Positions 1-10,098 of a DNA stretch of 64,000 nt are shown piece after piece. Position 1 is the stretch's first letter. The number at the start of each line of letters is the position of its first letter. Made by a program: the position numbers and the translations under genes. Under the pieces are notes generated by a model, which saw only the letters and a list, made by a program, of their open reading frames with translations, had not been told where the DNA came from and searched no databases. Source of the stretch: Daphnia carinata. Taxonomy: Eukaryota. The stretch is from assembly GCF_022539665.2 (NCBI RefSeq), contig NC_081331.1, positions 10,664,001-10,728,000 of the forward strand. Reading direction: 5' to 3'.

Positions 1-2826
1 CTTGGCCATGCGCAGGGCGGTAGTTGCGGCCGCGTTCATTATGTTGCCATTATCCATCGTTAAATTCATCGGAAGCAGTTGCAACTGTTGTTGATCGAGT
101 CCAGATGTCGAAGGGTTGTTGTTCTGACATACGTCCATCTTTGTTTCCCATTTGTTTTCATTCAATTGAATTTTTTTTATCGTTTTTATTAACATATGCA
201 AATTTGGCTTTTACTACGCAAAAAAAGCTGCTGGACACAAAAGCAACGTCGAATGACGCTGGAAGTTTAAAAAAAAAAAAAAATACTAAAAACGAGCGGT
301 ATACAATCCCCCCCCCCCTTTTGTTGTGTCTACTGTGCGATTTTTTTTCTTTTTCATCTCGTCATTTTCGTGTGGTAGACGCTTTTTTTTTTCTCTTGTA
401 CTACATCAAAGCGGGAGAGTCTATGTAAGCTGACGTGTTGCTTTAACAATGGTAGCAGCCCGGTACATAAGATCAAACAGAAACAAATACGAGGCTATTC
501 ACGAACTAGAAAGGAAAACAAAAAAAAAAAAAAAAACAGCTGAAAGAATGGAGTGAAAATTCAAAAAATGTAAAGGTTGACGCCCAATCAAACAACTCCC
601 GTTCGTTCAAGTGAAAGACTTTTGAGGGAAATGTTTTTATTAAAAAAAAAGGGTCAAAAACTATCTGTTTTTTGTGTGTGTTTAATTTTTTCAAACCGAA
701 GAAAGAGATGTCGACGTCATAGAGTCCCTGTTACAACTGCGTTACAGATTGGATTAGGGCCGATCTAACACAGAGTGTGCAATCACCGTATCGCAGCACA
801 ACTCGATCCACTTTGCGACGAACAAGGGAGAAAGAAACGAGGGGGCAAACGAGGCGAACATATGAAACGCATCGACCAACTAGTGCGGAAATAATCTTCT
901 ATTTAGTATGTAATCGATCGATGCCCAGCGACATCTTTCCTTCCCTCCCTGACACACACACACACACACGGACGTCACATGTGTAATCTTCTTTACCCCC
1001 CTCTTCCTTGTCACTACCACTACATTCAACGGCTTACGCCTTGTTCCACCAGTGTGTGTGTGTGTGTGTGTGTTAATAACGTACACTTGACAAAAATGGT
1101 CTGTCCCCCCCTCTCTCTCTCATCATTGGATTGCACTTAACGGTAAGTAGCAGTACTACTAGTCATAACAATAATGGCAGCCATTTTTGTTTCCCTATTT
1201 CCCAAAAAAGAAAGAAAAACTTGGCCAGTTCTAACACAAGTTCTTTTCCTAGACGATGTAATCATCATTTATCCAAGTCCTAATAAGAGGAGCGTTCAAA
1301 ACCGTTACGGAAGGAGAGGGGGGGGGGAGTAGCAGACGAGGGCGGAGTTGAAAGAAACCAAAGTTGCCGAGCCTTGAAATGAAATTCACGGGGGCTGCCG
1401 ACGAAAAGGAAACAACTCAAGTGCTGCGTGTGAGCAGAGACGATCCCTATCTCTTTTCTCTCTCTCCCCCTCCCCCCCCACTGGAAAATGGGATAGAAGA
1501 AACGCCCACCCCCTGGCGATGGTATGTGCATCATGGGCGCGACGCGCTCACGTCACTGCGCAAGCCGCGTCGTTTCACGAACAACAACGGGCAATCATTT
1601 CTTTTTTTTTTTTAAATTCCCCCCCCCCCTTTTAAAAACAGCTGCTTCTCTTTTTTATATTCTTTAAAAGCACGTTTGGGCCGATGACTCGTCTACGCGT
1701 TTTGGTTGGTCGTGTAATTTATGCAAGATTCGTAATCAAAATGAATATCGCTTTGATTTGGCTTTGTTTTTTTTGGCGAATTCGATCCTGTTATCTCATT
1801 CCAAACGGCCACACCTTTCTCCGATTTCTCGATAGCTACGAGCAGAGAAAAAAGAAATGGTGCTCAGAGGTGCCCCTCATTTGCATACCAGGAGAAAAAA
1901 AAAAGAACGCTGCTGGGCATAGACAACAACTCGACAAAATGAACCGCAAATCAGCTCAATCGTTTGTCTTTTTTTTTCTTCTTTTTTTCTTTCTGGGTAA
2001 AAACGTGTAGACAGGTGTAGCAACGCCGTGTTCCAAGATTCCCCACCTTCCCATCCACCCCCAAAACTGGTCACACACCCAGTCTAATAACAGAGCCACG
2101 CCTCTTCAACCTCATCGACTTGTTATTCATCAGAAAAAATGATTTTCATGTTGTTTTATTTCATTTTATTTATTTTTTTTTTTGGTTGTTTTCCACCTTC
2201 GCTGCGGTTAGGGTCAACCCACGGCCCTTGCGAGTTCAGTAATCACCATTTTTGGGTAGAAATGAATGATCGTTCTGGCTTTGGGAAACGCGTTCGAAAG
2301 GTGGAACTCTTACATCATCATCAGATGGAAAGACCAAAAGAGGAAGATGAGGAAGGCGATTCTTACGACGTCCGTAAAAGGAGATGGAAGAATAAAGTCT
2401 CATTCTCGTCCACAAGCTGATCGAGTGTAATGAAATAACAAAAAAAAATAAATAAATAAAAAAAATAAGAGAAGTGGATGATTGAATGGAGGCAATCAGC
2501 TCGATTAGATTGGCTATCATCAACGGACCTACTGACTGAAAAGAATATGCATTTTTTCTTTTAAAGAAGCTAAAAAGATAGAGCGTCTAGCTGATTCGAT
2601 AATCAAGAAAGGCGATTGGGTCAACCAAACTATAAACGCGGAGCTTTTTAAATACTGTTGTTAGCTGCTTAATAAGGGAGGCACAGACGGGAGTTTGGCA
2701 GGGTTGATTGGATATTTTACCAGCCGAAAATTGTAGAGATAAAAAAAAAAAAAAAAATATGAAAATCTTTTCATTTAGAAAAATGGACGAAAAAAAAAAA
2801 AAAAAATGTCATGGGAAACGTCTTAC

Positions 2827-3033
2827 ATCGATGCGGTCGGATCGTTGGAGCTTGTTGGCCGGCGCCCCGTAGCCACCGACTCCAGCGCCACCGGCCTGAG
2901 CGGCTGCCACGACGCCCAACTGCGAGTTGACGGCCGCCTCGGCCGGCGAGACCACCTGCAGCATTGGACTGGCGCTGACGTAGTGACTGTAGGGCGAGCT
3001 CAACTGTGGCATTCCCGCCAGGTAAGGAGACGC
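2827..3033 (-). CDS. mbl: Muscleblind, third coding exon (Ala/Gly/Pro-rich linker ending RSDRID); gene probably continues beyond the window start
   Basis: Acceptor acacag|GCG, donor GAT|GTAAGA, 207 nt = 69 codons, phase 0. ASPYLAGMP...SQLGVV...KLQRSDRID resembles the Mbl linker (NPYL.G.P ... SQLG.V ... RSDRLE). It is a GC-rich island within AT-rich intron. Confidence 0.88.
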
Positions 3034-4522
3034 CTGTGTTCGTTCCAGTTGGTCCCCCCCCCGCAAAAAAAAAAAACATGATTTTTATGTCCGTCATCAA
3101 ACCACGAACGAAAGGAATAGAAATAAAAATATGAGAATTAGTCGATGTCACAATGAACCAATTTCTAATATTTAAAACAGAGAAAAATGATTTTTTTCTT
3201 TCCTAATTGGCTTTATAAAGAAAAATAATTGAATAAAAAAAAAAAAACTAAAGAAAATGGAAGAAGAAAAACAAAAACAAGAGAGAGACTAGAAGAGAAT
3301 AATGAGAGAGGAGATATGGGACAACGTACAGACATTTCACACCAATCGTGAACGGAAGACGGTAGACATCTCACCGGCCGAAACTCGTAGTCCTACACAA
3401 AACACGCGCACACAAACAGACACACACAAACACACGGACACGATCAATTTTTGTTGTTGCGCATTTTTTAAAAATTAAATCCCCCGCCCACAATCGCCGT
3501 CAAATTTGCGATGCACAAAAAACCCAAACACAACAAAAACAAACAAAAAAAAAATTGAATCGAAAGCGATTCGTCTCTTTGTGTGTGAATCGAATCGATA
3601 CAATTTTTAAATTCAGGGACGCTATGCCGCTCTTCTACATTCAAAACATGATGATTCCTTTTTTTTTTTTTTTCTTCAAGTGTTAAATAATTGAGCTAAG
3701 AAAAAAAAACAAAAAACTCAAACGAGAAAATAATGCAAAACGAATTAAAAGAGTGAGAGTTTGAAAATCGCAAAGTTTGGCTCACTTGTTGCGGATAAAA
3801 AAAAAAAATCAGATGCAAAGTGAACGAAGAAACACAAAACAAAAAAGCGGCAATTAATCAGCACATTGTTTTTAAGTAGTTTGCAGCAGCATAGCGAGCG
3901 CACAAAATCGATTCTTTTATGTTATTTTTAAAGAAATAATCAAAATCAAAATTTTGAAAGAAAAATGTCTGTTACTAGATTTTGTGCTTTCTTTTTTTTT
4001 TTTTTTTTGTGTGTGTAAGTGGCTGACTATTGATGGGTTTTGTTAAGACAAAAAAAAAAAAAAAATAAATAAATAAAGATTTCGGCCAATCAGATGCTGG
4101 GTGATGGACAGCGGATAATAAGATAAGGAGGTGGATTTTGAAAAGCCATCCAGCCATTGTCTTCCCGATTTTTCGTTTGGCTTCATGAATTTATAGATTG
4201 GACCCTGACTTTTTGATGTGAAATGGTAAAATATGTCCCCAAATGACAGAATGAAAAGTCTCGGGAAGACAAGATGGACATGATGCCATGAAAAGCAGGA
4301 CCACAGCCAAAAGACAAAGAGAAAACATTAAGAATCAAAGAGAAACATAAAAATAGAAAAAAAAAAAAAAAAAAAAAAAAAAAGGAATGATCGATAAAGA
4401 ATAGAAGATTCTTTAAATAAAGTTAATTAAAAATTGAAAAAAAGAAAATATGAGGTACGATTTCATTATGCTAATATGTAGATCTTTTGTGAATTTAAAC
4501 AAATCAAAACAGGAAAATCCAA

Positions 4523-4554
<32 letters not shown>

Positions 4555-4582
4555 TAAAATCAACCACAGAAATGAATCTTAC

Positions 4583-4756
4583 GATAGTGGGGATCTGTCC
4601 GGGTAAGACGGACTGGCCAGCCGGTGCCATGCCCATCTGAAGCATCAGGGCGTTCTTGAGAGCCAGGTGGTTGCGCCCGTTGATCAGCAGCTGGTCCTTG
4701 AGGTGCTGCGGCGGGTGAAAGTACTTGCACGGCGGCTTCTCACGGTTGCATCGTCC
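4583..4756 (-). CDS. mbl: Muscleblind, second coding exon (rest of CCCH zinc finger 2 and linker)
   Basis: Acceptor ttcttgttacacag|GGA, donor ATC|GTAAGA, 174 nt = 58 codons, phase 0. Translation [58 protein letters not shown] is typical of arthropod Mbl and continues the previous exon in frame. Confidence 0.96.
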
Positions 4757-5064
4757 CTGTGTAACAAGAAAAACAAATGAAATCAAATTCTTGATTCAAA
4801 CACGATCGTCAAAAAACTTCATTTTCATATCTACCATTCGAAAATATGCAAATCAAACGGGGAAAAACAGACGAAGAAAAATCTCATTCGACCATCCCCT
4901 CCAACCCTGCAGGCACTTCACCCAAAAGTTTGCTCACACACACACTCACACCTGCCTTGTTGGCTGCTCTGTTGAGTCACGACCATAACGCAAAGAGATC
5001 GGGGAAAATAGACACGTCGATTTTCCCACGAGCGACGGTACAGAATGAGATGTGACACCCCATC

Positions 5065-5096
<32 letters not shown>

Positions 5097-5817
5097 AACA
5101 AAGAGCAGATGCACGAACATGATGAAACATTCTTTTTCACCCTCCAGCGTAAAATAATAATAACATCTATAAATGAATATTTTAAAACGATCGTTACCAA
5201 CTGGAACGATTAAAGTCAAAATGACGATAGAAAACAAAACACAAAAAAAAAGATGAAAACAAGAACTCGTTGACACGAAAATCGGATGTGTCTTCACGTT
5301 AACACGCCCACTTTTCACGAGGCTGACTGTTCGAAGTGAGCGTTTCTTTTCCTCCCCCCTCTTGCTCGTGACTGTGGATGACTCGCATTTGACAGATGCG
5401 ATCAACAGAGCGGAACGGAGACGTCAGTGACGTCCTCCCAGCCTCCCTTTTTTTCACTTCACAATAGAAAAAAAGGAGGAGGGGGGGGGTATTTTTTTTT
5501 TTTTCCTTCGGTCATCGTGTAAAACATACAATTTTTTTTTTTCATGTCTGTTGTTTTCCTTTCAACAAAAAGGAATCAGACGAGATAAAGAAGTTGATCA
5601 AGTACCTAAACACACAATGTGTGTGTGTGTGCCACACATTTCTTGGCAAACATGGCCGCTTCTTTGAATCTAAATAGACGAGGCACAAAAAAAGAGCAGC
5701 ACATCATAACAAAAGAAAAAGGCCAACTTGTCTATTTTTAAGTTTTCCTTTTTTATTTTTTAATATATTTTTATCGCAGACTTCTGGATCTCGGCCGTCT
5801 GCACTGCGTCCAGTAGA

Positions 5818-5848
<31 letters not shown>

Positions 5849-7854
5849 TAAAAATAAAAGTTGGTGGAGATTTTTTGCTTAGTAGTTCAGAGAATTTCGC
5901 TGTTGCCCATCTTGACTTATAAACGCATTAAAATGGAGGGGAAAAAGCAAAACAGAAACAGGGGTGATGTCATCTGGAATTTTCGTTTTTAGACGCCATG
6001 GGTGTGCCCGAAAATGGAAACTGGAAAAACGGGTGATGGGAGAGAGACACGACCTGATAAGGGCAAGTCAAAATTTATTTATTTATTTTTTTTTTTATGA
6101 AACGCGTACGGCAATAAATTTACAGATAGCCAAGTCATCCATTTTTTTTTTTTTTTTCCTGCTGCCCCTTTTTTGGGAAGAGACTAATTGACAATCAAAC
6201 TACCGTGTGTAACGCGTACCACTGTCCAAACCAAACGACGTTTCGAAATGCTGAAGACGGGTGAGCACCATCCACTTAGCGTGAACGAAACACGCCGACA
6301 TTTTCAAATGACGAAAAGAGAGAAAAATGAAGGAATTTCGATCGGAAAACAAAAAATGTGGATAGTCAAGACATTTTTCTTCAGCTGGAACACACACACA
6401 CTCAAAAGAAAAAAAAAAAAAAAAAGAAATCGGGCAATACGCTTCCGGCAGGTTTTTTTTTTTTTTTTTTTCTTTTCTGGCGAGACTATGCGAGCATCTG
6501 TGTTCTTGTTCGTGATAGCTCACATCATCATCATCATCATCTCTTTTCATCAAACTCCATTTCCTCTTCCGTGATCTTGGGCGTGCGGTGTGTTTGTGTG
6601 CGGATGCTCTCCCTCCCCCCCCCCTTTTTTTTTTTTTCTTCTCGGAATCTCATCGCGGTGTGGACATTATCCATCCATCCACACAGCGCCCGAAGCGCAC
6701 CAAGCCCTCCAGAAGAAAAGAACAGATAAATATATATATATACTGTATATATATAAAAAAAAAAAAAGGAAAGGGGAATTTTCATTTATTTTTATTTTTT
6801 TTTTTTTTTTTGTTGTTGTTGGGTTGGTTGTTGCCCCGGAATCTCATCCGTCGACGCCAGATGAAAACGACTGGCGATTTACGATCCAAGACGAAAGCTA
6901 CGAGACATTCCACTACAACTCGTTCCTCCAACTCCGGCAAAAAAAGGGCGCTCTCGTCAACGGACTTGAAACCACCCCACCCCCCACCCTCTCTACACAC
7001 ACTGAAAAGAAAAAGAAAAAAAAAAAAAACTATTTTCATCCTTTTCTCTGGAATAAAACAACCTCGTAGCAGATACTAATCCTATATAGTTGGACCTTCT
7101 TTTTTTTTTTTTCAATCCCAAGCAGTAAGACCAAAAAATATAAAATAAAAATAAAACATGGCAATAACTCGTCATTAGAGTCAGACAGTCACGCTGGATT
7201 TTTTTTTTTTTTTTTCTTGAGATGTAACATTTTATTATTATTTTTTTCGGTTCAAAGTGAGGGACCCCGGCGAGAAGATGTGCGTGTCTAATCCGAACCC
7301 GATGGTTTTCCTTTTTTTTTTTTTTTATTTCTCCCGAAGATGGTGGCGAATTATTGTAATAACATTCCAATACCGTACCAGTTTCCCTAATTAAAAAAAA
7401 AAATGATTCATTTTTTTTTTTTTTTTTGTTTGAGCTTACACCGTTGATGTTTAAAAAGCAGAATGTACTGCTGCGCTTCTCTAACTGCCAATGTGTATAA
7501 ATAAAACATCAACTGCGACGTGATAGTTTCCAGTGCGTCCGCCGTTTGATCCTGTGCGCGCGCGCGGGCGAGAGCAACGGCAGTAAAAATTTCTTTCAAA
7601 AAAAAAAAAAGGGGGAGAGAGGAAAAATAAAAAAAAAAAATAAAAAAAAAGGGCGTTGTCCCTTTGCTGGGGCTGCGCGTGTGTGCGTACGTCGACGCCT
7701 TTATGTTTAGCTCTCTTTCTCTCTCTCTCTCTCTCTATTTCCCTCTTCGTGCCAGTTGATAGGGGAAGTATACAGGCAAAAGAAGAAGAGGAAGGAAGCA
7801 AAGAGGAGAAAGGATAACCCTGCCGTTTCATTTCTTTCATCACCCAACCGAACA

Positions 7855-7892
<38 letters not shown>

Positions 7893-8933
7893 TTCTCTTT
7901 CGTTCTCTCCTCTTGTGTTGATTTCCCGCAGGAGCCATCTTTGCTCTCTCTCTAACATCTGCCTCCGTTTCATCAGCTCTTTTCACCTCCACCTTTTTTC
8001 TTGTGAAAAGCCAATTCAGTTTCACAGGCCGTGTGACTAGAAAATTGGCGAGGCATCATTTCAAACGAATCTAAAATTTTGATTCAATAAAAAAATACGT
8101 GGCAAAGGCAAAAATAAACGAAAAAAAACTTTGCATCGAATTGGATTTGAATCGACCGCCCTCCGATTTTCACGCTCATTTTGGCCGAAGTCGTTTAAAT
8201 AAAATTTCATTTGTAAATTCCCCCCTCTGCAAAACAAAAACGCAGGGGGGAAATTCAATCAATTAAAAAATTCGAAATATTTTTTTCCGACAGCCAACGT
8301 TTGATTGGTTCGCATCTCGTCCAAACGCAGCCAAAAACAAATTCCCCGAAGAGGCGGACGGGGCATTCGACTGGACGACTAGACGCCCCTCCGGGCGTCG
8401 GCATACAACAAGTTTAATGCCATTAACTGACCGCAAAAACCTAATAAAAAAAAACCCGATCTTTTTTTTTTTTTTTGCTTCATTTTCAAAAAAAAAAAAA
8501 AAAAGAAAAAAAAAGAATGACGCCGATTTTTCTAATTATTCTTTTCGAATAAACAGCTGGAACTGTACGATGTCCTTTTAAAATCCTTGACGCAAGTTGA
8601 TGTGCGCCGTGTTCGGGTGCACATCGTCGGTGTTGCCAAAAATAAAAGGAGAAAAAGAAAATTAACATAATGATATTCATTTGAAAGCTCCTTTTTTTTT
8701 TTTTTTGGCTCACTCACTCACGAGAGAGAGAGAGGCAGGTGTGTGTGTGTCTGAGTGTGTGATTCATTTCTCTTATCGCAGATAATATCGTCGACTTTCC
8801 TTTCCGCCCGATCTCGTCCTTACCCACGGAGCGAAATGCTGTCGATGCGATTACAGTCGAAAAATAGTTGGAATATTTCCAAAATGGCGACGACGACATC
8901 GACTCGCAACACACACACACAGACACACACACC

Positions 8934-8965
<32 letters not shown>

Positions 8966-9115
8966 AAAAAAAATGACTCACGCTCCCGAATAGACGCAGA
9001 CACACGAGGCCAATCGATGACGGAAGATGATGGCGGCCGCTGTTGGCCGGGCAACATATGGGCGACAGACACGACAGGATTATTGAGATGATGCGTCTGA
9101 AATCGATCTCTTCAA

Positions 9116-9185
<70 letters not shown>

Positions 9186-9906
9186 ATTTATTTTTAGATA
9201 AGGTACGATGTGAAACGACGCCATTTTTTTATTGCGCAAAGTCACCGTTATTTATTTTCCTATTTTATCCCGACACTTGAGACCAGCAACAAGAACCTTC
9301 TCTTTCACTCATTCACTTCTTCAAGAGGATGTGTCTATCGTGACGTCACTCTCTTTTATTATTCCCTAAGCGTGAAACAAATCCAACCCGTTTCTCACGA
9401 CGCTATTTTTCTTTCTTTAAACTTTCAAAAAAAAAAAAAAAAAAAAAAAAAAACGGAACGGCAATGTCGTCCTCATTTAGTGACCCCCCCCCCCCCCCTC
9501 CTCTCTCTTCATTTTTCCTTTTGTTTCTCGTATTGTTTCCTTGCGGTGTAAAGAGAAGGTTGTTGCGTTCAGTGCTCGACTGGGTAACCGGTTTACCCCC
9601 ACCTCACTAGACCGTAACGGCTCGCGTTCGTGAATTGTAACCCAATCTGCAGCACACTGGGCTCCGGCACCCATCCATTCACTTCTTCTTTTTTTCTTTC
9701 CTTGTCGTTTGCACCAATAACGAAAGGAGAAGAAGAAAAAAAAAAAAAAACCCACACGAAAAACCTCTTATTAGATACGTCGCGCATCATTTGGCAGATC
9801 CAATGACCTTTGCCGTCCGCCATTTTGGAAATTGGTTGGGAAAAGCGAGAAAAAAACAAACAAAAAACAAAACAAAACAAAATGGCGACTATGTTGTTTT
9901 TCATAC

Positions 9907-10098
9907 CTTGATACTGTCGTAGCAGGCGATGACGCGTCCATTCTGCACCTCGACGTTGGCGGGCGGATGAGCGAATTTGCACTCCGAGTCGGAACGGGAG
10001 CACTTGGAGCGCTGGAACTCGCGGCAGACCTCCAGCTGGAGCCAGCGCGAGTCTTTGGCATTGATCATGTTATTAAGATTGACGTTCACAACGGCCAT
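9907..10098 (-). CDS. mbl: Muscleblind, first coding exon (start codon, CCCH zinc finger 1 and start of finger 2)
   Basis: ATG at 10098. Translation [64 protein letters not shown] carries the Mbl/MBNL signature [13 protein letters not shown].....C.FAHP..V.V.NGRV.AC.DS.K. It ends at a phase-0 donor AAG|GTATGA (GT at 9906-9905); 192 nt = 64 codons. Confidence 0.96.
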
